Source of the DNA: Okamejei kenojei
Taxonomy: Eukaryota
Direction: 5' to 3'
NCBI GenBank assembly: GCA_035221665.1
Contig: CM069132.1
Location: 62,930,001 to 62,994,000, forward strand
Length of the DNA: 64,000 nt
The notes beneath the pieces were generated by a model that had not been told where the DNA came from, searched no databases, and saw only the letters and a program-made list of their open reading frames with translations. Made by a program: the position numbers and the translations under genes. This document shows positions 49,301-60,247 of the stretch, piece by piece (position 1 is the stretch's first letter; every line of letters begins with the position of its first letter).

Positions 49301-52300
49301 GCATGCTCATGATTTAACTATTTTAACACTAATGAGCACTTTTTATTTCTGATCAGTCTGTGACTAAATGCCAAGTAGAGATAATGATATTTACTGACTA
49401 AGACTCAGTGGAAAGAACGCAGTCTAAAACTGGTCAATATCAACCAATGTGAGCATACAAATTGCCCCTGATGGCTTAGGCATGTTTGAGAGAGTTGGGG
49501 CAGGGGACATTGCAAAAGTTGGGAAAAGGAGGATAATGCTTTTGGGTTACCTATTGGGAGTTGCACCAGTAAATTGACAAATCATCTTCATATTAGTGCA
49601 AGATTCAAAGCTAAGCTAGATAGATTGTTATAGAGTAGAAAATAAAACCGTACATCAGCACAGCATTGTCTTGTAGTCGTTGCCTAAGCCAAGCAAATTC
49701 CTTGTAACGTCTTCTGACACAAGATGTCTTCTTTGTAAAACACATGCTATTAGTCTAGATTCAAAAAATTTAAAAAGCACTTCATTAGGACAAGCAAACA
49801 AAGTGTTTAGCCCATGCATCAAACATTTCCATTAGCATTTTAAAATGTAGAAAACTATCGCCAATGGTTCAATGTTTCGTCATTGAAATATCAATAGAAT
49901 TAGCATCTTAAATAATTCTAAAACGTCAGTTATACAACACATGGCCAAGAACAGATTTTTTTTTAAATACTAGAGTATTGGAACACATTTCTGCAGCTCA
50001 TAGCAAGGGAAAAATCTCTCCAGCTATAGATGAAAAATTGTGTTAAATACTGCACTGTGCAAAATCTAGATACTGCCGTGAATGTTTTTCTTTCTGTCCA
50101 GCATTAAATCTCAAATTTTCAAAACCTGAAAAGGATAGTGCACATGCAGACATCACATCAAGCAAAGATACCTGAAAAATACCATGTGCTGGCCTCATGA
50201 AAAACAGAGTACATGATTTAATCTAACTGCCTTTTTAATTTTTTTTAATTATATTTTTATTTTATTTATTAGAATGTACATTACAGTGATACAAGCCAAA
50301 AATAACAATCCTTTTCCTGTACCACTTCTTGTTTTAAACTTTAAGAAGAAGAAGAATAGAGAAAGTTAGATAAGATAGTAAGTGTGTGAGAGAGTGATCA
50401 GGAAGAACCTGTAGAAGCGTAAAACACGAGAAAGAATAAACAAGAAAACCAAAGGAAAAGAAAGAGAAAAATAGAAAACAGAAAATATAAGAATGTAAAA
50501 TAAGATAAAAGGGCTGTACCTACTTTGTATCTTTACACACCCCTCACCAGTTCCTGAAACCATTTATTTTCAAAGTTGTGTTGCACCCTATGCTTGTAAT
50601 GTCGATAAATGGAGACCAAATCCTTTGGAAATGGTCTGATTTGCCTGCTAGGAGGAATGTCATATCTTCGAGGTGTAACATTTCGGACATATATGAAATC
50701 CACATTTTTATCGTGGTGTGGGAGCGTTTTTCCAGAATTTAAGTAAGTTTTTTTGCCATTATTAAGCTATAATTAAGGAAGCACTTTTGGAACGAAGTCA
50801 GCTCAAAGCTAGCTTCTATTGTTCCAAAAATAATCAATTCTGCATTTGGTTTCAGTTTTATTTTGAATAATTTTGGAAGAATTTCAAAGATTTCATTCCA
50901 AAATGTTTGGATTTTTATGCAAAAAACAAAGGAATGTGCTATAGTTGCTTCTTAGGATAGACATTTATCACAAATTGGGGAGACATTGGAAAAAATGTAC
51001 TTATTTTAGTTTTTGAATAGTATAGTCTGTGTAAGGTTTTAAATTTATTAGAATATGTCTCACATTGATCGAGCATTTGTGCATATATAGTAAGTGTTCA
51101 TCCCAACTCTCTTTCGAGATTTTTATAGCTAGTTCTTGTTCCCAATCTCTTCTAATTCTATCGGATGATGGTATTTCTATATTTAGGATAATATACAAGT
51201 ATGGTATTGAATTAGTTGAGTCCGCCTTTATATTCATTGCTTCGTTTAATGGGTCTGGAGATATTCTTGTGTATATTTTTTCAAATAATCATGGATTTCA
51301 AAATATTTAAAATATTGATTACTTCTCAGATTGTATTTAAGTTGTAGTTGTTGGAATGCTAAAAAATTTCCATTTTCATACATGTTAATTGCCATTTTTT
51401 ATGTACTTGAAATTTTTTTTTAATAAGCATACAAGACGAAGTGGCACCCTTTCGAACCCATTCCCCTACACACACGTACGATGCCACAGGGGAGGGCTGG
51501 TCCCTGAACGCAATATTGCACCATTCACCCATAGGTCCCAATACTCACCACCCCATAGAGAGGGAGGGGGTAGAGAGGGAGGGGGTAGAGAGGGAGGGGG
51601 ATGGGGTAGAGAGGGAAGGGGAGGGGGTGGAAAGGGAAGGGCAGGGGGTAGAGTGGTAGAGGGGAGTAGAGAGAGGGTAGAGGGAGGGGGAATGGGGCAG
51701 AGAGGGAGAGGGGAAGAGAGGGAGAGGGGGTAGAGACCCCACCCCATTTCGCTCCTCCTCATTTCCCTCCTCCTCCTCCCCTTACTCCCTGCCCCAGCAC
51801 CTACCCAGGTCATAGAGCAACGCCGGGGCCTAGAACTCGACCTGGTTCTCGTACTCGGGTTGGCCCTGGCCGTAGACTGCAGCCGTCAGCTCGGCCGTTG
51901 CTTGGGCTGCAGTCCAGGCCCCGACTTCATCTCCAAGCTCGTCCCTGACCAGGGACCCAGGCTGGTCCTTGGTTCCACCGGCGGCTTATTTCTCGGCTCC
52001 GATCACGACCCCATTCCAAGCCCCGGGCTCGGCCCTCACTCCGGCTCCAGCACCAGGTTCGGCTCCAGCCCAGGCCCAGACCAGAGCGAGACCGCTGGCG
52101 GGCGTGGACTCGAGTACCCGAGGACTGCGACTGGGCGAGGCAAAGGGGGGGTTTTCCAGAACATTTCAGCATAGCGGCAACCCCCCACGCCCCCCCCCCC
52201 ACCCCCGTGAAGAGCCGGAGTGTCCCGTCCTGCCTTGTGAGTGCATTGTGACATCACTCGGGGGGTTTTTTGCCGAAAGTTGGTGAGTTTGGGCTGTTTT

Positions 52301-55300
52301 TAAAAGAATCAATAACTTTGTGGAAATGCAAAGGAAAGATGTTTATCACCTCCATGGGAATAAAGTAAGCAGAATGCATAATGACAGGAAGGCTGTGGCC
52401 TAATGTTTGGAAGAAAATAGGAATTAATCAGATTGTGCCCAGATGACACAAACACACACAAACAAGAGAAGAGTTTTAGTAATAAAGATATTACCAAATA
52501 CTCAATAACAAGAGGAAGATTACTGACCAACCTTGGAGTAGATAATTTTGGAAGCAATATGTGTGGTGAGTTAGCAGTCATAGAACTGGTAGTAGTGCCA
52601 TCCAAAACCACTACACCAAATAGAATGTGCAAAATTAATTACCCATTCTGCAGAGCTACATTGTAAAATAGTATATGGGAATGATTAGAAGCAATGTGTG
52701 GCTCAGGATTTTTAACAAAGTTGAGAATGTCCAAGACAGAAAAGAGGATTACCCAATATTTTTTTAAAAATCCAAGGCTGTGCACCAATGCAACATCCAA
52801 ATAATGCTGATGTTACATTGCATTGGTGGTCATGCCATCATTCTGAAAGTACTCAACATCAATGTGAATTGTAAATAAAATAGCAATAACATGTTGAAAC
52901 ACGCAACTCTGAAGCAACTTAGTATGGAGGTAATCTGATTACACAAGTATAACTATTTTGAATTTAGTTTCTTTTATAACCCAAGGTATATTTCTAGAAA
53001 TGACTTACTGAACGATCAAATGTACTTACATGAACACAAATTTCATAATCTACAAACGGATACCAGGAATCTTCCTTCTGAATTTGCGGGTCTCGTACCC
53101 ACACCGTGATGAATTCCTGGTTTGGCATATTAGAGAACGTCACTGGAATTATCACTTCACAGCAAAATGTACAGAAACTTTACTGTACTGCTTTTGTACA
53201 AGCATCCATAACATATTGCAATTTCTAAGAAGTTAGACGTTGAATCATAACACCTTTCTTTCATCTTCATGATCAGATTTACAAAACCCAGAAACACAAT
53301 ATTGCCAACAGTAGAATATATAGATATCACAAACATTGTCCACTGTGATACGTGGGGCAGGGCATTGTGGCACAATGGACATGAAGCTGCACTTGTAACA
53401 GACTATGTGTTTCCAGATCTCATTGGGATTCAATCTAACTTCTATAAATATAGTAATTCATAGATGGGGAGACACATCGCTCCTGCACATTTTGTGATCC
53501 ACTCAATGCTCTCAGGATTATGAGGAATCAGACTATAACCACTGCCTTGTCATTGTTACCAAGAAAACAAAAAGCAATAAAATACACAAAGTGCTCGACT
53601 AATTCATCAGGTCGGGCCGCATTACTGGAGAACTTGCAAACAAACAAAATTTGCAAATGTATTCTGCTGTGTCACCAGTCCACCATTGGGGGACAACATA
53701 ATCAAAACAACAATTAAACCAACAACAAAAGCAAAATGTCGGAGTTAATGAAAATCTGAAACAGGACGTACAGATAACGCACGTTTTAACAGACCGGGGG
53801 GGGGGGGGGGGGGGAGGATGCTGTCTGTCATTGCCGATTGTCCGCTAAAAACGAGTAAGGAATTCACTCCAACCACCGGGCAGTCACTGCGTGAAAGAAC
53901 AAGTTGTTTTCAAAGTTTTTTTTAAACAGCTAAAAATGTAAGCAAGGTAAAAAATGTAAAGGCTGTTTGTTACATTATTCAATAGAGTGTCATTGCACAA
54001 GTCTCAGTCGAACCCATTGCTTGTCAATTTCAATGGCCGCCCGCAGTGTAACTTGCACCATGCATTCTGAAAGAGGCAGTGGTGTCTGATTACTATGGGG
54101 ACACTCAGTCCGCTATAACCAAAACCCATTATAAAGAAGTTGTTAATAACGAGTGTAGACTGTACTCAACATCAGCAGAACACAAAGACAGAAATGGGCT
54201 ACTTTTCAGCTCACTAGTCATCAGTTTGGATGGTGTCTGACTTTCTGGGCATTTCCAGCATTTCTTTTTAAATGAAAAAGCATGTTGATACAGAAAAGGT
54301 CTAGAAACAGACCCAGAGAAATTCAGAGCAAAGTTAGGAGGTATGACACACTGCCCTATGGAGTTAGCCTTTTCACCAATTCCTTCTCAACGGCCTTAAT
54401 GCTGGAATGTAGCGCCACTAACTGCCATCCTTAGCCTGATCATCAGTCTACCAGTTTACTCATTGGCACATTTGAGTTTAATCCTGTCTCAGTGTAGTGC
54501 ATTTCCAGTACGGTTATTGGAAGTCAAGTGATCTATTGCGAAACTTACTTCCACATGCTGAATTATTGAGTTGAATCAGGTTAAGCAACTGTGGAAATTA
54601 CTGTGGACCTGAAAGCCTAAATGTGAATCACATTTTCCAAAATAAAATAAGTATCTAAAATCTTCAATGTTTAAAAACATTGGCAAGACAGGGAAAAGGA
54701 AAGGTAAAAAACAAAAGACAAAAATGCCTTACCCACAACAGGTCAGCATATAATAGGACAAGCTCAGAGATTGGTTCTCCAGTACCTGTTGGTTCGCCTC
54801 ATTCAGACAATTCCTTTTCACCTATGTTTATTATTATATACAATACCCCAGCCCACACCGACCCCAGCTTTTCCACATAAGACTTTATCAAAGGTTTTGT
54901 AAAAAATAAAATAGTCATATGTTCGGAGTTTAGTGAGGCAGAGTTTGCTCCGACAAAAGTGATTTTCGCTTTCACTTGCCAAATAACTTCCATGCAAGTT
55001 TTTAAGTAGAATTGTAACCTTTTTTACCAAAGCAGAATATGATGTGCTATTCCTCCAGTTTACATGTGGTCTCACTCCGACAATGGAGGTTAGGACAATA
55101 AGATCAGTATGGGTATAGGAAGGGACTGTGGGCAGTGTGATTATTAACAGATATTTTCAAAAAGAGCCAATTGGGATGAAGCCACGTCTTGTTGATAAAT
55201 TCTGCCATTTAATAAAATCTCAATGCTGTATTGTTATTAATTACACTTGTGTATGAATCTGCACAGTGTGTTTACAAGACTGTTGTCACAAGATTTAAAC

Positions 55301-55528
55301 CTCACCATGATCGCTTGAAGCAATTTTCTTCTAGATATGGGCACTCAAGTCTGAAAATGCATCTTGCTTACAAACTCAGTGATACAGAATTCCCAGGAGT
55401 TTCAAACATTAAAATTAAAGCATTAAAACTCCACAGCCCTGGAAAGATTTCAAAGTTACTTTCATATTTGAAAATATGATAAGAGTTACACTTCTTACCT
55501 TTTTGCCATCCTTCATCATGTTTTCCAT
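37327..55528 (-). CDS. SNX10: Sorting nexin 10 (PX-domain protein), spliced CDS of 6 coding exons, 543 nt / 180 aa
   Basis: Joined translation [180 protein letters not shown]. All introns GT-AG with consistent phases. WVRDP, TNSMCFT, ACVSG, RFP and SSSGLG match SNX10 rather than SNX11 (from recall). Confidence 0.95.
37765..37935 (-). CDS. SNX10: SNX10 exon ([18 protein letters not shown]...RFPVEEA), 171 nt
   Basis: ttttgttttgcag|A ... GC|gtaaaa; matches ORF track 37761..37946; PX end plus the extension helices of SNX10/11. Confidence 0.93.
40281..41265. repeat. 89-bp inverted repeat (40281-40369 / 41177-41265) bracketing a CR1 insertion
   Basis: Hand alignment: 82/89 identical, no gaps; the arm itself derives from an older plus-strand CR1 (~40100-40375). 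Confidence 0.9.
40378..41171 (-). mobile_element. Young CR1 LINE 3' part
   Basis: [50 protein letters not shown]; tail atagaaacatagaaaatagg. Confidence 0.92.
41340..42312 (+). mobile_element. Old CR1 LINE with (CA)n at ~41448-41471 and a nested minus-strand CR1 tail at ~41798-41950
   Basis: [24 protein letters not shown]; 3' end ggcctgtttctgtgctat. Confidence 0.8.
42575..42646. repeat. AT-rich 23-bp tandem repeat ending in a perfect 18-bp palindrome
   Basis: tgttccttataataaata-aa-tatttattataaggaaca (42609-42646). Confidence 0.9.
44116..44396 (+). mobile_element. CR1 LINE 3' end
   Basis: [34 protein letters not shown]. Confidence 0.9.
44473..46084 (-). mobile_element. Full-length inactive Tc1 (IR/DR type) DNA transposon, 1612 bp
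   Basis: TA|CAGTG...CACTG|TA; ~220-bp TIRs each with two direct repeats (ccataatgtttgggaca type); HTH ORF 45237..45743; [11 protein letters not shown] and SPDLNPIE motifs with stops and a frameshift. Confidence 0.95.
47064..47385 (+). mobile_element. tRNA-derived V-SINE (HE1-like)
   Basis: A box ggtgcagtggtag, B box ggttcgatcc, V-domain ccggtttcctcc...ccaaagacgta, tail ctgtatctctaaagtct. Confidence 0.9.
47505..47693. mobile_element. Penelope-derived fold-back (palindromic) element
   Basis: ~65-bp arms 47505-47570 / 47585-47650 with two mismatches. Confidence 0.85.
48563..48865 (-). mobile_element. tRNA-derived V-SINE (HE1-like)
   Basis: (tttag)n tail, V-domain and gggatcgaacc B box on the reverse strand. 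Confidence 0.9.
48911..49009 (-). CDS. SNX10: SNX10 exon (SLPEIPSK...[13 protein letters not shown]), 99 nt
   Basis: tttctttatag|A ... AA|gtatgt; PX proline loop and RRxGL helix. Confidence 0.96.
49654..49754 (-). CDS. SNX10: SNX10 exon ([33 protein letters not shown]), 101 nt
   Basis: tctag|ACT ... AT|gtacgg; contains the PX RRY motif. Confidence 0.96.
50232..51385 (-). mobile_element. 5'-truncated L1-clade LINE (ORF2 C-terminus with zinc knuckle, 3'UTR, A-rich tail)
   Basis: [17 protein letters not shown]...KTLHRLYY...[25 protein letters not shown]. Confidence 0.85.
51432..52300 (-). mobile_element. Degenerate Helitron-like non-autonomous element
   Basis: caagacgaagtggcaccctttcgaaccc resembles the ctagacaagtgcagacccgttgggtc end at 5365; followed by a similar purine tract and GC-rich body; the other terminus was not found. 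Confidence 0.45.
53030..53116 (-). CDS. SNX10: SNX10 exon ([29 protein letters not shown]), 87 nt
   Basis: ccaaaccag|GAA ... CAT|gtaagt; N-terminal PX strands. Confidence 0.96.
53771..54162. mobile_element. Tigger/pogo-like non-autonomous DNA transposon
   Basis: TA|CAGATAACGCACGTTTTAAC ... TAATAACGAGTGTAGACTG|TA. Confidence 0.7.
55499..55528 (-). CDS. SNX10: SNX10 first coding exon ([10 protein letters not shown]); whole exon 55499-55544 includes 16 nt 5'UTR
   Basis: Acceptor ttttctacctag, donor AAG|gtaaga; phase 0 into the next exon; 46-nt exon, similar in size to the short mammalian exon 2. The peptide is poorly conserved, so this exon is less certain. Confidence 0.75.
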
Positions 55529-56826
55529 TACTTCTAGTTGGAGTCTAGGTAGAAAATCCACACATATTATCTCAATTTCTAGATATAGCGCACAGAATTA
55601 GAAACCAAACAATGAGAACATAACAATTATAAAATTAGATAAGGCAGATCAATAGAAAAAAACGTACTTTTACATAAACAGTAGCAAAAACATTCAGTTC
55701 AATAAATAAATCTAAACCCTAAAGTCCAGCATTTCCCCATTCCCTTTCTAAAATACCCTGCATCTCCAGTCATCTCTACTCCTTTCAGATTTGTTAAACC
55801 AGGAATTGGGACTACTGTCCTAATACTGTGCTTAGGTCAAAACCGGTCCATTATTGCTCCCATGTTGCATCATATGGTGTTAAAGGATGCCAAACAACTG
55901 TAAATTGTTGCTTTTGAAATCAACTGCAGCCCGAGTTTACGGAAATGCCTTTAAAAAAAAAAAAAATTATATGAACTGCCCAATCCTGCATTGTTAAATC
56001 TAATATCCCACAAAACTGGTTTTAAAATTTCCAGGTCATTTCAAACTTGGATGCTCAAGCTGGGCATGTCACTTCTTTGAAATTCAAAATGATGACAGAT
56101 GTGCTTATATCACGTCAGAAGAATTATTTTTCTGGAGTTGAATGTGTCTTGCTATCCTGATGATGCAAAAGCCCCTGCAGTCAAATATCAGGTTACATAA
56201 GGGAAACATTACTGAAAAATCATGTAACTGAGGCATTAGTGGCCATGAAAAATAGGGGGAAAGGGACCTGGTACCAACATTTGATAACCTGGTCTGTCTA
56301 ACACCAGCCCTCAAAGACAGACTTCCACCACTGAGATGTGGAACAATTAATTGCTGTGGAATTGCCACCAAATGGCAAGGGTTGCTAATAAAAGCAACGT
56401 GCAGCCACTGGGAAGGTCGGCATTCACACGAGGTTCCCGCATGCCAGCTAGGCATGGCTAAAATGATTTTATCCCTGATCTCATGAGCATGTTCACTCCT
56501 GAGCACTGAGGTAGTAACATACATTGTAACGGTGAAGCAGGGAACCAGTCGCCACATGATAGGGAGTGCGCATATAGGAGTCACTGTAATGACTAATTTC
56601 ATTTCTTTAGTTACCCGAAAAGAAATTTCAAAATTAATTCCAGAATGTGAAACATTCCATAAAAATGACAATAAAATATAACTTTTTAAATTAAATTGGA
56701 TTGTACTTGCATTAATCCTACTGACTTATTCAATGTTCATTTAATATTTGATTGGCTGTGCAGACATTATTCCAGTATCTCACAATCTATGTTGCTAGTA
56801 AGGCTATGATGTGGAACAATCAGATA

Positions 56827-57287
56827 CAGTCTACCCTCGTTATTACGGATTTATTTATAATTAATTTTCGTTATAAAGGACCGAAGCATCCCTTCATGGT
56901 GGCGATTGCTGGACAGTGCATAGTGCAGTGTTGTGCAGCGGTAAGTTGGCTGAAGGGAGAGTGCGAGCAGTAAAACATTCTTGAAAAGCGTTGCATTGGG
57001 CAGGGGTTTGCAGCGCTGCAATAAAGCGAGGTCGGGGGGGGGGGGGGGGGGGGGGGGGGGCAGGAGACGCACCTGTGTCACCCTATCAACACATGCCTCG
57101 GTCACCTGATAACAGCGTGAGGCTTCCTTTGCTCTGCCCCTGCTACTACCAGGTTACCGATAACCTGGTGCCACATGACGTGCTCACAGTTGCGGGAGCA
57201 GAGAGAATGAAGGTGGCATGAGCATCTGCTGTACCATGTGTGGAGCCAGGGCTCTGCAGCTCCCCGCCCTGTGAATTCCCCACAGTA

Positions 57288-57334
<47 letters not shown>

Positions 57335-57501
57335 CTGAGTGCTTCTTCCCACCCGGCCTTGGGTTAAAATAGCTAACACTTACCCCCCTTTACTTGGTTA
57401 TAGTGGACAATAGGCAATAGTGGACACCATCGCTTCCCTTCCCCCCATCCCTTCCCCCCCCCCCCCCCCCCACCGTGGTCTGTTATAACAAGGATCTACT
57501 C
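56827..57501. mobile_element. Tigger/pogo-like non-autonomous DNA transposon, same family as 53771-54162 in opposite orientation
   Basis: TA|CAGTCTACCCTCGTTATTAC ... GTTATAACAAGGATCTACTC|TA; shared subterminal ggacaat(a/c)ggcaat. Confidence 0.7.
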
Positions 57502-57544
57502 TATACAAGATGTCTCAATAGTCTATTTTCCAATTCATCATAGA

Positions 57545-58570
57545 GGAAATTAATTATCATCTCCAAACTCATGGAACCTGGAGTCAGCACTCCCATCTAC
57601 AGATAGATCCATGACTTCCCAACCAACAAACCATAATCAGAGAGGATAGGTAACAAATTATCTTCTACGATAATCCTCAACTGGTGCCCCATAAGGATGG
57701 GTTTTCAGTCCCCTACTCCTTGTACACTCATGACTATGCAGCCAAATATCAAACAATCTTGATTTATAAGTTCACAGATGACACCACTATAATGGGCTGG
57801 ATATTAAATAATGACAAGATTGTGTAAAGGATGGAGATTGTAAATGTCACAACCCGGTGCCAAGATAACATCTCCCTCCAATATCAGCAAGACAAAGAAG
57901 ATTGCGCTTGACTTCCGGAAGTGAAGCAGTACACGTACCCTGTTATATATTTATGTCACCGAAGTGGAGATGGTTGAAATCTTCAAGTACGAGGAATAAA
58001 CATTACCAGCAATTTGTCCTGGACCAGCCACATCAAAGCCATGGCCAAGAAAGCACACCAACGCCTCTACTTCCTTAGAAAGCATTTTATCCGGATGGAT
58101 CATAACATGAAATTGCAGAGTTGTAGACAGAGCCCAGACCATCACCCAAATCAACCGCCTTTCCAACGACTCAATCTACACTTCACACTACCTCGACAAG
58201 GCCAATTGCATAATCAAGGGACAGTTTTACCTCGGCCACACCTCTTCTGCACTCTCCCATTAGGCAGGCGGTACAGAAGTGTGAAAACGCATATCTCCAG
58301 ATTCAGGGAGAGTTTCTTCCCAGCTGTTATCAGGCAACTGAACTGTCCCTTCACCAGCTTGAGTGTGGTTCTGACCTTCCATCAACCTCACTGGAGACCT
58401 TTGAACTATCTTTAATGGGACTTTATCTTGCACTAAATGTTGTACCCTTTATCTATACTGTAGACGGCGCGATTCTAATCACATAGTCTTCTTTGACCGG
58501 ATAGCATGCAATGAAAAGCTTTACACTGTTCTTCGAAACGCGTGACAATAATAAACTCAACTAACTCAAA
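57545..58570 (+). mobile_element. Rex1/Babar-type LINE, RT to 3' tail, decayed
   Basis: YKFTDDTTIMG, SWTSHIKAMAKKAHQRLYFLRK, LPLGRRYRSVKTHISRFRESFFPAVIRQLN. Confidence 0.85.
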
Positions 58571-59084
58571 CAGAGGAGTGGATAGTGTGCCAGTAGAGAT
58601 GGCCACTCAGTCCTGGATGATGCTGACATATCCGTTATTATTGTAGCACACAGTCTGTTAACTGGTAAACCATCGACTGTACCTTACAGATGGTGAAAGG
58701 ATATAGGCGAGTCAGGAGACGAGTCGCTGGCTGAAGAATATCCAGCATCTGACTTCCTGTAACCATATCATCACAACACAGGCACAATAGTTTTCTGTTC
58801 ATAACCCTCAGGATGTGATGCTAATATTTTGAGAAGCTATTGCCCAGCATTCTGGCTCAAATTCTGCTGGGCACATATCAGCACAGGTCTGAATTTTGTC
58901 TCGTTCTGGCCAAATGCTTACAATATACATGGACTGGCCATGAAAAATTGCAAGATGAAGTAAATATCCCACAGTCGCCTGCAGACATGCCTACATCTGT
59001 CTTTAATATGTAGGCAAGATGGTTGAAGCAGCAAAATAACATAACATAAAGTCCAAGTAAAGATAGTCTGAGGGCCTCCAATAA

Positions 59085-59295
59085 GGTAGATGGTAAGGAT
59101 GGCTCTCTAGTTGGTGATAGGATGGTTCAGTTGCCTAATAACAGCTGGGAATAAACTGTCACTGAATCTGGAGGTATGCATTTTCATACTTCAGTACCTC
59201 TTACCTGCTGGGAGAGGGGAGAAGAGGGGGTGAACGGGTTAAGACTCGTCCATGATTATGCTAGTGGCCTTGCCAGTTGGCGCGATGGTCTGGGA
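59085..59295 (-). mobile_element. Rex1/Babar-type LINE 3' fragment
   Basis: Reverse complement encodes ...FSDSLFPAVIRQLNHP, same family as 58250-58400. Confidence 0.75.
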
Positions 59296-59524
59296 AACAA
59301 TTCTGTTTCCAGCTCATCTAATTCACATCCACCCTGGTGATATGAATCATGAGTGGTGAGCTGCTGCTCATTCACTACTGAAATAACATTCTTTAATCCA
59401 AAGCTGCAATGTATTATGGAGCCTGTGGGTGAGCATTAGTTAAAATTGTTGGCAAGCGAGTGCCACTGATCACACTGTTGACAGCAATTTCCCTCACAAT
59501 CCTACAAGTGGAAATAGCTGGAAA

Positions 59525-59690
59525 CATCATGTACTAGAGGGGCAAGTTTAAGGTGAGAAGCAAAAACATTTAAAAGGTAAGTTGCAAAGCGTTCTGTTAA
59601 CACAGATAGAGAAAGGTGCCTGGAACATGCTGTCATGAGTGGCAATGGAAATAAACATAATATAAATGTTTAAGAGGCATTTAGAGAAAT
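59525..59690 (+). mobile_element. Old CR1 3' fragment
   Basis: actagaggggcaagtttaaggtgaga...gcctggaacatgctg. Confidence 0.65.
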
Positions 59691-59797
59691 CAGGAAGTTG
59701 GAGTCCAAGAGGAGGAGCTATCCTCCAGGGGCTTTAATGCAACCATAACACAACCAAACACTTTGCTGTCAAACATACAAAAATGCAGTGAAGCTGG

Positions 59798-59902
59798 ACT
59801 TACCCAACACCCAGGAAAGATTAACTGTTCATCTAAATGTTGTCAATTCTTAATCACTGCCAAACAACTTTTTTCTGACGCAAGAAATTTCCTTTCACTT
59901 TC
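59798..59902 (-). promoter_or_regulatory. Candidate immune-responsive promoter/enhancer and non-coding first-exon donor for SNX10
   Basis: TGACGCAA (59876-83), AGAAATTTCC (59883-92), GAAAGTGAAAGGAAA on minus (59888-59902); minus-strand donor GG|GTAAGT at 59804/59803. Confidence 0.4.
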
Positions 59903-60247
59903 TGTTAGTGATTCGTGGTTGCATTAACTCAAAATATTCCAGCACTTGCTGGATCAACAACAAAATGCATTGAATTATGAAAATTTGACAAATGGAAACA
60001 CCAACAGGTGCAACAGTACATCTGAAAGGAGAAAACGCACTGGACATGTCAGAGGATGGCTCTCCGGACATTTCTTGGTTAAGACTCCGCCTCTTCTCAG
60101 TAAACATTCCACAATCTGATTGACTTAGGAGATACGCAAGTGCACACTCTATTTGCAGTTCCCATATCAAGATCCCCAAACCCAGTGGTTTGCTGCCCTG
60201 ATTGTTTCTCTGCAGAGCTCCTTGAAACGCTGTGGGTAAGTGTTACA

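Noticed and set aside
37327-55528. Assignment as SNX11 (HoxB-linked paralogue)
   Set aside because: Diagnostic motifs WVRDP, YEICVH, TNSMCFT, ACVSG, RFP and SSSGLG plus the short tail fit SNX10.
56105-56671. 188-aa minus-strand ORF
   Set aside because: No recognisable domain, atypical composition, intronic, and appears to overlap an old unclassified repeat.
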